A DNA stretch of 64,000 nt from Botryllus schlosseri. Its lineage: Eukaryota. Shown piece after piece: positions 1-14,643 of the stretch. The DNA is taken from positions 4,342,001 through 4,406,000 of the forward strand of contig CM119378.1 in NCBI GenBank assembly GCA_051294905.1, in the 5' to 3' direction. Positions within the stretch are counted from its first letter, which is position 1; each line of letters begins with the position of its first letter. The translations under genes and the position numbers were made by a program. A model generated the notes under the pieces. It searched no databases. It worked only from the letters and a program-made list of their open reading frames with translations, and was not told the origin of the DNA.

Positions 1-344
1 TTATATCAATACACGCTACATGCTGGAATTATAGTCATGAATATCCGATGAATGTAATTTACCGCATTAACACTCGTCAGTTTTGCATCTGCATCAAGAG
101 ACGGGAAACTGTTACAATACGTCTGGTGAATGATGCTTGGTTGCCAGGTTGAACTGCGAGCATAGAGCTATTAGTAGCGATTCCATTCAACCAAAATTTA
201 CAAGTATTCAGTAAATTCAGTGTTCCATAGAACATCCACAATTTCACAACATGGTAGCATTCAGCGGATTTACAATCATTATCACAACAGCATAACTCAC
301 TGTATGGTAATCGTCTCTATAGCGACGTCATGTCATTCGTAAGA

Positions 345-760
345 AGACTTGCGCAACTAGACAATTTTTATATTTGCTAAAGTAGATTAGAATTTGAATT
401 ATAGCTATACATTTTTCCAAATTAGACTGGAAATAGAATTATAGCCGAACAGTTTTTTTCCTATTAGACAAGAACTATGGCTACACATTTTTTTCCAAAT
501 TATATTAGGATAGAAATACTGCATTCGCAGAAACGTGGAAATTGCACCAGGTTCAATGCATATCAAGTTGGATTTCATTCTCGTGAGCATGAGAATGGCA
601 AATGTCTGTACAGCAAGCTTGGTTCGTTTCGCACTATACTGATCTCATGTAGCCTTTGCAGGAAAACCAGAATTAGATTTGAATTAAAATTAGAGTATAG
701 AAACGTTTCACGAATTAGATTAGAATTATATTACCGGCATTTCGCTCTAATTGTATCATT
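345..760. repeat. Dispersed repeat with GAATTAGATTAGAATTA motifs
   Basis: Inverted copy ~3264-3643; split copy ~26152-26420 + ~31720-31822; decayed copies near 49150 and 57650. Confidence 0.75.
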
Positions 761-2481
761 AGCTGTACTGGATATTTTACGGTGCGGGGCTCTTTACAGT
801 TTCGTATTGTCATGGGGAGAGATGTCCCAATAGATCCAGAGGTCGAAAAGACCGGTCGTCACGTTACTTTGCCGCCTGACTCGTGACCGCTCTATTTTCA
901 TGACACTTGAGTGACGAGCACTGGTTAAATTCGTTCGAGAGATCTACGGAACAACCTTTTATCTCGTTGCAAACCGACCGTGAAATGCCGGCAATCATAC
1001 GAATCGAGGGCAACATACGCTGACGCAAATTCTATTCTCTCGCGTCAGAACTCGACGATGCTTTTGAAAAGGGTACAACGGCCTCGCGGACAATCGCATC
1101 AGTGATTCTGAAGCGATTACTGTAGTGGAAATGTTCGCGTACGCATATCGCATACGTAGATAGTAGAAGCTTCTTGATTCGTAATTGTGTTGCTCTCGAC
1201 TTGGTATATTACTGTTTCGGTGATGAGAACCGAACCGGTGCATTCCAAATGCGAGTCTGAGCCACCGTTCCCGCAAGAAACGACTAATAAAGACAGTCCC
1301 ATTGAAACCGTTTAGTGATACTTGCAAAACCCGGGATTTGTGTGGTGAAGTTTCTTCGAACTATACCTAGAAAGTACTCGTTAACGACTCCATAGGCTAC
1401 GCTGGAGCGGTAGAAATCAACAAACAGTTCAAACAATTGAGCAATGAGCATGCGGCGTGCCTACCGAAAAAAAATCACCTAGTCCAGCCAAGTCAAACAG
1501 ACGATTTCAATCGGCCGGCGATGCAATGCTGAGTAATTGGAAAGTTCTTGTATTAGCCAGCACATTTCTATCAAGAGTTAAGCCTTTTTATGATCTATGA
1601 TCCCAAGAAAAATTATCATCACCCAACACGAATAGAACAAAGGAGGTATAATGGAATTTCCCACGTTTTCAGTCTTATACCTCGAGTTTCTAGAACAGAG
1701 CATCAATATTCCGTGTGATATATGATATATGTACTTGATAATTATGCATCCCACTGAAAAAGACTAGGGTAGTGATTGGGCTGTAAGATTTTAGCATCAT
1801 TTGACTGGTCCGCATTAAAAGGTCAAAATTTGTTCGTCAATCGTCATGCTTGAGAAACAATATAGAAAAACATCTTTTTCATGAAGATTTTTCGACGCAG
1901 CCACACAAGAGCCACGCCTCTTGAAGTGTGGATTTTGTTCACGTTCACCTCGTGTCCAAGAGAGATGCGAATTATGGGACGTTTTCGCGTCAAGCACGAA
2001 ACCCAATCAAGGCGCTACCGACCCCAAATTTCAAATTCGAAGGAGGCGGAAATACTCGGTGAGCACTATGGTGACGCTATAGTCTTCTGCATAGGCCTAC
2101 AGCTCAAGAAATCAGTGATGACACAAAACACCGCAAGGGCTATCCGCAGTGCTAAGTTCCGAGTAGCCAATTGAACATGAGTATATGACGTCCAGATCGG
2201 CCATGACCTGACCAGTGACCACTCTCCGCCGGGATGCGGTCGCTTGCGATATATATGTAATCGAAATACGACCGTGAATAGCAAGAAGGTTGAACCTGGA
2301 TTAAGCTTGCTATATACGGGATCAGTGCATTATATGTGGTCAAGGGTGTACGAGTTTCGATTAAACGTTAAAAGGGTGTACCACGACGAAAAAGGTTGAA
2401 GAGCATAAATATAGGACGTTTATTTTCGTCCTTAATTCTTGTTTCGCGGCATATGCACCGGCTCAGAAATATACATATACA

Positions 2482-3050
2482 TAGGCTTGCATTTAAAACA
2501 AACATGTTTAGAACAAGGCCCTTGTTAAAAACATGTTTTCATTATTTTTATTGTTTGGGTTTTAGCCACGACGTCACGAATATTTAATTGTGACGTCACA
2601 GTGGATTGACATTGACAATTGAAAATATAGGATAAATATTCCTCTTTCGACGAGAAGGGCTTCCGACCACTGTCATAAACAGACCAAAAATATATTTAAC
2701 CATAGGACTACACCGTTATGGATCATTTTTACGGTCGGCGGCCATCATCATCAGAACACCCATTCCGTACCAATGATCTATATCTACTTGCTATAACTGT
2801 TGAACCGACGACGATTTCGAGGGTTCCAGAATCCAGACACCCCAATCGCATACATCGACCATTTAGGGTGCAAATCGTCCATAGGGGCATACTACATTGT
2901 TTTTCGGACGTATTTATACAATTACGGCATAATTAGACAACGTTTGAAAAAACAACAACTTTTTTTGTTAAATGCATTTGTTTAAAACACTGTTCAGACA
3001 TGTTTTAAACAAAGTGTTTTAAAACGCCGTTTGTTTTGAATGCAACCCTA
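2482..3050. mobile_element. MITE with TTTAAAACA repeats
   Basis: TAGG(C/G)TTGCATT ends; inverted relative at ~8154-8580. Confidence 0.75.
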
Positions 3051-3084
3051 CAAACACACGATCTGCGCGTATCCATGCCTTGAG

Positions 3085-3262
3085 TCCATCACGTACATAT
3101 GTCACTGAACAAGGATGGTGAAGATATAAGCTTGTAAGGTTTGCCAAGTCTTGCACCACCCCTCCATGCTATCCTGGTAATGATGCTGAGCTCAAGGCGA
3201 AAAGCCATGAATACCGGTTTTACTAATCAAGTCTGCGCGGACCGGGGATTAAACCCACGACC
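3085..3262 (-). mobile_element. Possible tRNA-derived SINE fragment
   Basis: Minus strand GGTCGTGGGTTTAATCCCCGGTC is B-box/T-arm-like and is followed by a SINE-like body. Single copy in the window. Confidence 0.45.
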
Positions 3263-6200
3263 ACGACTTGGACATCTAGATAATTCTAGTTGTCTAATTT
3301 GACTAAATTAAGGCAAAATGCCGTTAATCTAATTGTAATCTAATTTGTGAAATGTTCAATGCTCTAATTTCAATTCTAATTTAATTTCTGGTTTCCTGTT
3401 CATGCTACAGGAGATCTGTACAGTGCAAAACGAGCCGAGCTTGGTGTACACTTGTACAGACATTTGCCATTATCGTGCTTATGAGAATGAAGTGATATGA
3501 TATGAACTCGACATGATTCAATGTCCAGGTTTCCACGAATTAAGCAATTATATTTTCAATCTTATTTGGAAAAAATGCGTAGCTATGATTCGAATTCTAA
3601 TCTAATTTTTAAAAGCTGAAAAATTTCTAGTTGTCCAAGTATGCTTACTCTTCCGTAGTTCCGGTAGTCTTATGTAGTCTCAATATTTCTCATTAGGCTC
3701 AATATAGTCTTACCTGTAGTCTCAATAGCCTTCCACATAACCTCAGTCGTTTAAATAGGTCCCTTACACAAAATAGGTGCACCCCTAATTTACTCGTGCC
3801 GTTAATGCCATCGTGTAATAGCTATTGAATATATAAGATTCGAAAAACTTTAGCTATTGCCGAATACCAAAGCATCGGAGGCTTATCCAGTTCTGAACTA
3901 AACATTCCACGCGACGTCCGGGGTCATCGAGAATCCTACTGGTTTCCCACAGGTATGCAGGACGGCCAAAATATATGAAATGATCGGAATGCTATTTCAG
4001 TGAAGGGCACGAATTTCCAGGTGAATGCGACACCGGCGCCGCGACTACCGGTTAGCAGACGAAACTAACTCTTGGGTGCGTTAACGTGCAGACGCGGTGA
4101 ATCACCACGGAATTTCGGTCAGTTAAAGTAGTATATGAGGGAACATTCCATCATGTTTTAAAGTAATTGCTCTGTTGCAGTTGTGTCATCCAAATATCGT
4201 TCCGGCATGTAGCTATGTTCTGCAATGCTACACCGGAAGCAAACGATGATTTCATGTCCACGGAAACCGAGCTGGTAAACGGGATGGATGGTCTATAGAT
4301 TCTGTGCCGACACCGTGTAAATATGACGCGTCGCACATGTCAGTCCAAACATGTTTATTTACTTTGCTACGTTAGCGTATGTATTGTATTGTATTATCCC
4401 TATAATAGATTGCTTACATAAAACATGTGTCACGGTGAGGAGAAAATCACTCTTGTCTGAGCACGCGGCGGACAGATGCCCAATTGCCCATTTAAGGAAT
4501 AGCTTTCGCGTTCATGGGTAATCAATAGAAATCGATTATGTCAAGTATCGGGAGCTGTTGACAATCTCATACAAGGCATACGTAGTAAAATTTCAATAGT
4601 ATTGCTTATATTCCCCGACACATTACATAGTGTCACTATCAGAAAATATGATAATTCGCAGGAACAAAATTTCTCACGTTTTTTCCAGCGATAACTTAAA
4701 AAACTTTTCAACAACGAGTATAGTTGAAACGGTTGGTAGTTATCACTACCAATGTTTAGACGCCGCTGAATGGAAGGTGTGAAGACGAATGATCGACGAT
4801 GGATTGACTATATGTGGCTCAATTTTGATTCATTTTGATGCATGATTTCATGAGAGGCATACTAATGTACATGGCATAGGCACTACCAAAATACTTTTGT
4901 TCTCCTAGATTCCATTATATATTAACATAAGTTCTGCAGCAAGGCCATTAATAAGATCTCCGAATTGTTAGTAAACGTATTGAAAAGCCCTAATTCCGAT
5001 GGGATCCAGAATGGTTTCCATAGAACTGATACAGCGACGAGGGTGTAAAAACAAAGCCATCGGCCAGCGTTAGAGAATAGCTGTCTATACCGGAACAGCC
5101 GGCTAGTCTTTGGTCTATGGCACCCTTGATACCCTTTCATGTTGTTCTTATCATCAGACCAAAACAAACCAGTGAATCATCGGATGGTACTTTCCAATTT
5201 CAGATGTCCCGACCAAAAGTAGAAAGAAAAACATTGTGGAAGTATCTATTACGATACACCATCATATCGGATATCATATAGGAGCAGAAAAAATTCTCGG
5301 ATGACACTGGACTTATAATACTGCAACGAATAAGATACAGCCAAGATGTAATTACACAGGAATCGTAGAATTATAGCACTGCGAGATGTTATTCGGCTAA
5401 ACTCCACGGATCCATTAGCAGCTATTATGCTGTGGCAATATAATAGAAAAGTGTGCGAATTTGATGTATTTTTGCCGATGCATTAGTACAGGTATGCCAA
5501 CTATCCAGTCATACTGCTTAGCCCGATTATCTGGGACCGACGTCGTGTATTTGTTGCTCGTGAGCTCTTGCTATCATATCTTGTGACTTCCTGTGAGTCG
5601 CACAGGTCCGGTATCAATTATTTTCTCGTGTCGTGTCTTATGGAGTGAGGGGAGTTTAAATTGTACACTTTGTCTTTATTCTTCAGCGACTTATTCATCG
5701 AAATCGCCGCCAATTTGCGTGGGCGCACTTCCTGATATCCCTCGCCGACTCATCTCATCTTCAACTGTAACTTTACCGATTGTGTTCAGTGGTACGGCTA
5801 AGCGCTGTGTACCGGAACATCAAATAGATGCAACCGATTAAATCATCACCGCATTAGTCACGGATATGCGTCCATTCGCTTCACCGTACCTTAGCTTCGC
5901 CGAGAACTATACATAAGAGCTTTCAGCCACTATTAGTGCTTTGCGCATCGTATGCATCATCCCGTATTTTATGTAATCGCATACAAATGGCAAAATATTG
6001 ATTCCGTGGTGAATTATATACCAATATATAGTACACAATGCTAAAAATGCATTTTCGTACAAAGTCACAATCCACTATTTAAGTATTTTTGACGACAACA
6101 GATCTCAATATAATCCAATCTGCGCGCACTTATCATTTATTAGTTATGCGTTCATTAGTAATTTTTTTCAGCGATCATTTAGCAAAGTCATATACCCTAT

Positions 6201-9200
6201 ATGCTTGTTAACAATTCAGTTACTTTGGGTGCAACGCAGAATTTCTGGCTCCTGTATGTCCTGCGATGTGACACAGGTCAAAGAATTGGGTCAGCAAACA
6301 TTACATCTTTAACCCAGTATACATGAATATGTTCGGATAAGAATCATAAAAGATTGGATTATGCACCTACATCTTTTAAAAATATTTATGATTTGATGAT
6401 GACAATACTTTGAATAAACTTATGCATCTGCCATCAGCTACTGACGTATACATCCGCTAAATACACATCGACCCATTTTAAAAGTAGAGTCGTTTGACTT
6501 GTTTGCAGCAAATGCTAAATCCAACAATTATGCAAATTCAAACATATTCAACCAAGACAAATAAACGATATCGCAGCGTCGTCTGTACTCACGGTCAAAA
6601 ATCGGTCGATAATATGCCATGATTCTTCTCGTCTTCCTTTTTTATATCACCCTCTCTTGATTAGTCAGATTTTATGATCCTGGATGTGAATGTTATTCAG
6701 AATAATATACACATAGCACTGCCAATTTCTCACTAAGCGCCGACTAACGGACCCATCGGTGATGATAAAAGCGAATCAGATTCGTAAGCCGAAAAACGAA
6801 TCATCACATATGAGCAACTCCCAAATCATTCAAGGTTTTACCTTATTAAATCAGCCAGCAGTTTTGCGAGAATATAAACTTGTAGTTGACGAAACGTCAG
6901 AAATGGTGAACAGATGGCTTCGGCTACCGATGAATCAGAACTCACCGAATTTATTTTCAGCGCATTGATCAGTATATCATCAAAATCTAAAGCTCTTCGC
7001 AAAGCGGAAACTGCTAGCTGTATTTACGAAGGTGATACAGAAGCTATGTAACGCGTTTACAAGATAAAGACAACCGGAATTGGCGTCGTATTGCGATATA
7101 ATATGCTATCCGTTCGCTCAATGCTCCGAACGCTATGCGGTTTCCTTGTGTAAGATGTGCAATAGATTGTTGGGTTATAACAATTGTCTCAATAGTTAGT
7201 ATCGCATTTCACTATTAAATAACTTACTGTTAAACAAATTAATATGAGAGTGCGTCACATATTTAGTTGTTTTCTTCCTCATGACCTTTGAATTCATGCC
7301 AACACTGTTAGGCCTATATTTCTTACTCGCCGCAGAATCTTGCAGCGCATCAAGGTGCTTGAATGAGGCACCCAGTTCGAAGAACTGAAGTATCGAAGTT
7401 GGCGAAAAATAGAATGTCTTTTGAAAGGTATGAATCGAGATTACAGAAAAAAAGGACGCATGGTGCTATGACCTCCATCTGCATGCCGTTATCGACGATA
7501 GAATGATAGCCTACCGCTTGGTGAAATAATATTTTGGGTGTGCCCGTTGCATCTACTTTATTCGCTCCAGTAATTATGATAGTATCGTTGTTATTTGTGA
7601 AGTGAGAAGTGGAGTATTTCTGACCATTCCATTTCCATACCATCGCCAAGTCTTGTCCAGCATCAATTCGGTCGTCTACCTGGCTTATGATTAACTATAA
7701 TATCAGACTACAAAACAAATAGAACCGAGGCACTACAAAACATTGTCGGGGAACGTAGCGTATTTATGTTCCATCACGTATGCTTTAGGCTCAAACTAAG
7801 TGTGAATTGTACGAGAGACATATGCGGCATAAAACGATATCAATTTCAAAGTCTCTATAGCATATCATGTATTGTATACAGGACTGCAACTGCTGTACCC
7901 CAAACCCCCTAATTGGGGGAGGCGAACTCGAAGGGGGGCCGAATTTGTTTCGTGAATTACAATAAATTATACAGTCTTTTTTTGAAAATTTTTGCAACTT
8001 TTTCCTAATTTTTTCGCGCTATACGCGATTTAATGTTGCCAATCATATCCTGATCATTGGGTGCCCTTCACCCAAGAAAAATTTCGGCATTTCGGCATCG
8101 GCCATTACTGCGCCACGACGCACCAAGACGTATGAAGTTTTAGGCCATGTAACTATGGGTTACATTTAAAACAAACGGTGTTTTAAAACACTTTGTTTAA
8201 AACGTATTTTAAACAGTGTTTTGAAAAAGGCCTTTTTCAATTTTTTTTAAAGTTGTATCGTTATGCAATAATTGTGTAAATACTTTACAAAAAACATGAT
8301 GTATGAGCCTACGGACAATTACCGCCTGATGTAGCGGACGTATATGGATATGGGGTGGTTGGAACCCTCAAAACAGTCTGTTCAATACCAATTGTACATA
8401 TATTTCGTCAAAGGAACTATTTTTACCCTATATTTTCAATTGTCAATGTCAATCCACTATGACGTCACAATTGAATATCCGTGACGTAATGGCTAAAAAC
8501 AATAAAAAACATGTTTTAAATTAGGGCCTTGTTTTAAACAGGTTTGTTTTAAATTGATTTTTGTTTTAAATGCAACCCTATACTGTAACATGCGACTCCG
8601 AGAAATGTACCAGAACGATCAGCAGCGAGAAAACTTATTAGGCCGAAAAGGACTGCCCTTATGCTGACCGAAAACCGATAAAAACCGATACATATTCAAT
8701 AAATCCTTATATATGTTTAATTTTCCTTATGCCTATAAATAGCTGGCACCTAATGTTTCTGTCCTGGAAATCTGAACCCCACTAGACAAATGTCATCCCG
8801 CAGAGAAAAATTATTTGCCATCAGTGAAGAAATACCAATTCTAAATCGTGTGCGTCTTTTAGTTTTAGTACGCTTGGGTCTCATGTTTCGAATAATGACA
8901 GAAAATAAATAGAATATTATTTTTTGTTAATTAACCGTAGTTTTCTCATTATCTAATACCAACGCATGCACTGAGCAGTATTTATTAACAATGTATTTCA
9001 CTGGTTTCAATTTAGAAATAAAATTAATGCGCTGGAGATTATAGCTAAACATTTTGACTCGGCCCACCAACGTATATTCTGTTACTCGTTTGGCCCGTGG
9101 AGAAAAATAATCGCCCACCCCTGCCGTGGACCGTTGGATCATGGATACATACATATATCCATGCGTTGAATTAAAACACCGTCATTGAGATGTTGTCATT

Positions 9201-9229
9201 TCGATGTCAAATCAGTTGACAAACAGCAT

Positions 9230-9816
9230 TATAGAATGTAAACGTGGAATGACAGCGACCGATTTTGCAGCTTCGTTCCGCTTCGCTGAAGCTTTACTCG
9301 GACTTATTTTACGGCAGCTACTGTAGAATTTCTGGCAATCCAAAAGTTGTCTTCCAGAACTCAGAATTTACTGAATCCGGTCTTGATCGAAAGCTACTGT
9401 CGCACTGATTTCGAAAATATCAATCAAAATATGGTGAAGCACCGTACTGACATTAAAAACCCCCCTCAACATTTAAAATCTGCATTGTTCAGAACAATCG
9501 GATAATCGCAAAACAATGACCATAACAATGACCCATTGCGGCTCTTCGATTGTTCGGACAATGCCGATAATTCAGACTTGGAGGGCGAATTCTAAGCGGT
9601 TCAGTGCCTGATCATATTTTTATTTACATTTTCGGAATCAGTGCGACAGTAGCTTTCGATCAAGACCGGATTCAGTAAATTCTGAGCTCTGGAAGACAAC
9701 TTTTGGATTGCCAGAAATCCTACAGCAACTGCCGTAAAATAAGTCTGAGTAAAGCTTCAGCGAAGCGGAACGAAGCTGCAAAATCGGTCGCTGCCATTCC
9801 ACGTTTACATTCTATA
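9230..9816. mobile_element. Foldback MITE with TATAG ends
   Basis: ~190-bp near-perfect TIRs (TATAGAATGTAAACGTGGAATG); TSD AACAGCAT. Confidence 0.9.
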
Positions 9817-11053
9817 AACAGCATACTACATGCAGCTTCGTCACCACCATGCGGATTAGGACAACGGATGCAATCACCGTCGTGGCGACAGTAGGGTTAC
9901 CCCTTACCATACGTCCTCCGGATGATTAAATGTCCTCTGAGGACGCCTTAATGTCCACCTTTTTGAGATTCTGTCCTCTTTTTTGAGAATTTTAGTCAAA
10001 TTTACTGTCACATTGGACTGCGATACCGTAAATCAGCGCCGAAGTAAAACCATAGTATTTATAAGATAGTCGTTACACTCCATTATTCCCGGTGGTAAGT
10101 ATTGGCGGGACAGCAGCACCTAGCGGTGGTTGTGTTAATCTTTATTTTGGGCGACGGCTGTCCTTGTAACGGCCCTGCGGATATACAGCTGCATCAGCTG
10201 TATCACTCAAGTATCAGCTGTATCACTCAAGTATCAGCTGTATCACTTCAAGTATCGCTCAGCTATCACTCTGCAATAAGTTTCACTGCGTCTGGATGCG
10301 CGAAATAGTCTGGTATCTCTCAAATATCAGCTGTATCCCCCAGGTACTTCTCATGCATAAAAAGTATCACGTCAATACTGCGTCGAGGATGCGAAATAGT
10401 CAGATATCAAAACAAAACGGTATCGTCTTTTATCGAATTCGTGTCTAATATCGAAAATAATGCTGTACTGAAAATAACCGAGAATTCCCTTCAACCTCCA
10501 CAATTTGTATTCTGTTCATTAAAGAGATTCGCTTTGATTCCGTTTCATTTATAACCATATGTCTCGTATCAGTACAGCAGCAATAGTAGCAGCAGATATT
10601 TCCGAGGTACAGCATCCGTGTATAAACTACACTCTGTAGCATACACCTGGCACCATTTCGAGCTTGAAAATATGGTCCACGAGAAGATTCAAGTTAGGTA
10701 TGTTGCAATGACCCGATCATGACAAAGTCATCTTTGTACCAGTACTTCAGTGAATATAAGCTCCTACTGAATTATATTTCCTGATCACAGCTTTATGGTG
10801 CCCTTTTACAGCATAATATTTTTCACACAGGATAGTGGACAAATCAATGAATCTGGCAGGCAACTGATTTCGGAAATAGAATTCCACATTGTTTTTTAAG
10901 AAAGTTAGTTCTGGATAAAAACAGGACAGCATTTCTTCGGCAGACGATTAACCTCCGTCTATTCAACAAGGCTATATGAATAATAACGATTTTGACGTTT
11001 TCTTGAATACTCAAGCACCACCGATTGCTATTGCTTTGCATCTCACGCAGCAT

Positions 11054-11190
11054 CAATCAATCAATCAATCATGTTTATTAATATTTTCATCGTTTCAAAA
11101 CATCACAAGACTGCGATACAATGAAAAGATAGGAGAGTGTCGAAACAACTTGGAGTAGCCATTAAGATCAGACACCCACCTTAGCCTAGG
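11054..11190 (-). mobile_element. Retroposon 3'-end fragment
   Basis: (GATT)n tail and AATAAA on the minus strand. The homologue at ~31825-31938 + 32882-32900 is split by the LINE. Confidence 0.65.
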
Positions 11191-12898
11191 CGAAGTAAAT
11201 AAGAGGCATGCACACTGAATGAAAAGTAATGCAGAGAATATAAGACGCAAGCGACAAAATGAGGTGGCATGTGGCGGGGAGCGAGGTCGATGTTATTTCG
11301 TGGTCCGGTAATCCTGAAGACTGGCTAGTATTCAAGAACGTGTCACACATATTCTAAAATTTCATCATGGAGATAGGGTGTTAATGGTGACGTTGTTTAT
11401 CGGCATAGGACTGGGCGTGTTGCAGGCAATCAAAACTTCGACAATGTCGCAGACTAGATAAGCAACGTCTTCTGCAGAATCCGAAAGTTCACCAGTTCGT
11501 CGGTCCCCAGACAAAGGTCTCCTTTGTCCTGAATGTGAATATATTCTTCGACGATTTACAACGAGATGGGTAACATCCGATGGCCCTAAAATGAATGACC
11601 GAGCATATTAACAACAAAAGAGGCTATATTATTTGGTAGAGTGATTGCATCTTTATCGGAACTGTAAATGGGAAATGGCATGAATACTCATTGTAAACAC
11701 GAAAACTTGTTTCGGCGAACGGTGCCATGATAATACTGTGGCTAGATAACGCATACACGCAGTCCTCACGTTATCAAACAATTCAATTGGCTCTTCATCT
11801 GATATATCCATCGCAAACATTAAGAATCAGTATCTGGCAATATGTAAATAATGCTTGATATACAAATGCATTCTTCCTCTTCGTCCTAAAATCGAAATTG
11901 TTCGGTGAATGCAGGTAGTTACATTCTTCTATGGTTAATAACCGCAATGAGAAATGTACAAAAATCAAGTAGTAACAGATAATATCAGACAACTCCAAAT
12001 AGAATGACCAGCAATAGCAACAACATAAGGGTACACAACAGTTGGAGATGGTATATGATCAGTACTGACGTACGGTATCATTACTCGTTGTAAAAACAAC
12101 AAATTTACAATATTTTGGCGATCGATGCCTTCACATTATTGCTAATTAACGCATTATTATAATCAATACTTTCATTACAAAACAATTCCATAAGCTCTTC
12201 ATCTGATATATCCATCGTAAATAGTAAAGATCTATCTCCGGCCGTAGGCAAATAATACCGAGTTGTATGAAACTGCTTCGATGTACCTTACCACCACTAG
12301 GTGCTGCTGCCCCGCCATAGTTAACAATGGAGTGTAACGACTATCTTATAAAGCAGGGGTGGGCAACATACGGCCCGCGGGCCGGATCCGGCCCGTGAAG
12401 GGATTTTGTCCGGCCCGCGGACAGTTTTCTGTCTTACATGATAATGTGGCCCGCGGCCCCAGTATTCAAAGATTCCCTGCTACTTGCGTAAACGTCAAAT
12501 TTTAGTGACTGTATGTTATTATACACATGTATGCGCACTGCGCAGTGAGCGAGGGTGGTGCTTACTCGTAAGTTAGTCGAAGCGAGAAGACTTGCATTAT
12601 CGGCATTTACGATGTACTCAACCCTAATGTCATTTGTGGTAATGATGGTGTTTGTCGACTACAATGGTCATTTACACTAGGCCGATATTTCATATTTTTG
12701 ATTCCGTAACCGTCGACTTGTAGCACGACACACTTCTAGGCTTTTGTAAGACATCGCTTATGCCAGGGGTCGCCAACTCGAAACGGGTCGCGGGCCACTT
12801 TCAAATTTTGTAGAGGCCGCGGGCCGCATGAATTCAATATCGAGATAAAATAGGCCACACAGTTGAACAACCACGCTATATCTCGTCACCTACTAAAC

Positions 12899-14643
12899 CA
12901 GGGTGGCGAACCTGCGGCCGTAGAAGGGAAATTTGTGGACAAGTAATTCAATTAGTACCGTATGTGCGGGCGGCCGTCGACATGCAATTTGAATTTACAA
13001 ATTGAGTCTCGATTTTTTGAGAGATCCTAATCAATCTTGAAATTTTCTTCGCGCTGCGCGCGATTCAATGTGACTTCGTTTATCGATTTTAATATAGTGG
13101 CGCCCTTTGCAATCATAGCCCCACAGTACAGACGTGAACAGCAGAGGAAAATGATGCGCCTAATATAGAAATACCAACTCGGAGTCTTGTACTCCTCACT
13201 ATACGGACAATCTTGATGGTAGGTCAAGAAATAATAGCATGCAACCAAGTGACTAATTATAATTGGCCCACCCGAAGATGCATCATCATTAATATATTGT
13301 CCTAAATTTTCGAAAAACACACCCTCCATCAAATCTACAGTTGAATCTGATGACATCGGATGAGAAATAATATGAAAAATATTATTATTTGTGACGAAAT
13401 TCATAGGTGAATCGGAAAATATTTTCGCGCTTCGCGCGATTATGTACCGCCCATAACATAACCATGACCCAGCACCAGTGACCACTCGCGAAGTCGGTGC
13501 GTATAGTAAGCCTATGTGATTAAATGGATAAGTCCGGAGTTCACCGGAAAAGGACATGGACACTATAACATGTGTATTTGGCGTCCAGATAGTTCATTAC
13601 GACTATGCCCTGGAATGTGGCCGTAGGCTACATGAGTAGTCGAAATGCGGCCGTGAATGGCAAAAAGGTTGGTCATACCAGTGTTGGGATCAAGTCACTA
13701 CCTTCGAGTCACGAGTCATTTCGAGTCATTGCACATTTTGACTCGAGTCAAGTCAAGTCAATCGATTTTCAAAGGTGACTCGAGTCAAGTCAAGTCACTC
13801 GATTTTTTGAGGTGACTCGAGTCAAGTCGAGTCAAGTCAAGTCAAGTCACGAGTCAAGTCACACTTCAAGTCAAGTTGCCTTTTCGAAGTACGAGGCATG
13901 ATTACGTCATTGCAATTTGCTAGCTGTCTGATATACAGATTGAGTGGTCATTAATCCCGCACCGATAAACGAGTTAAATGTACTTGCAAGATGACGCTGT
14001 ATCGCTCACATATACGTAGAACTGTTAAACTATACGTATTTGCATAGCCTCAGCTTATAGTTACCAGCCAAAATAGAGAATAGACAAAAGAATTGATTAG
14101 ATGCAACACATTACCCATTTACAAATTGATGATACAATTCGAGCCTGCGCCAATGGTTGAGAACTATATAAACTGTATTCGATTTCAATAAGACAAGAGG
14201 TTTGGTTAAGGTATGAGCAGAGAACAGAAATAGACATTTCGCTATTTTATTACTTTAGTACTCGAGTTACGGCAACGTAAGCTGTAAGCTTCGATCACTT
14301 CGTTTGCAGTCAATTTATTTGTGAGAGAACAGTCGAGACTCAGTGAAACGCACAATATTTGAATGATTATTCGCTCTCACGGGTTACACCAGCGTTTCGA
14401 GAACAATCCGAATATATGCAAGATTTTTATCCACACCGATTAGGCTACTTGATGACTGGAAATTGACTCGTGAATTTTGGTCCGAGTCACGAGTCAATCC
14501 ACATTTCTAAAACGCCGAGTCAAGTCAAGTCAAGTCATTTTAGCAAAGTGACTCGAGTCAAATCAAGTCATGCGCAAAAGGTGACTCGAGTCTGACTCGA
14601 GTCAAGTCATGACTCGAGTCATCCCAACACTGGGTCATACCTG
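12899..14643. mobile_element. Non-autonomous hAT, nested
   Basis: CAGGGGTGGCGAACC end; TSD TACTAAAC. Confidence 0.85.
13679..14632. mobile_element. hAT MITE with GACTCGAGTC/AGTCA repeats
   Basis: TIR CAGTGTTGGGAT; TSD GGTCATAC. Confidence 0.92.

Noticed and set aside
13027..13563. 178-aa minus ORF (also 23347-23841)
   Set aside because: Inside non-autonomous elements, with no recognisable motifs.
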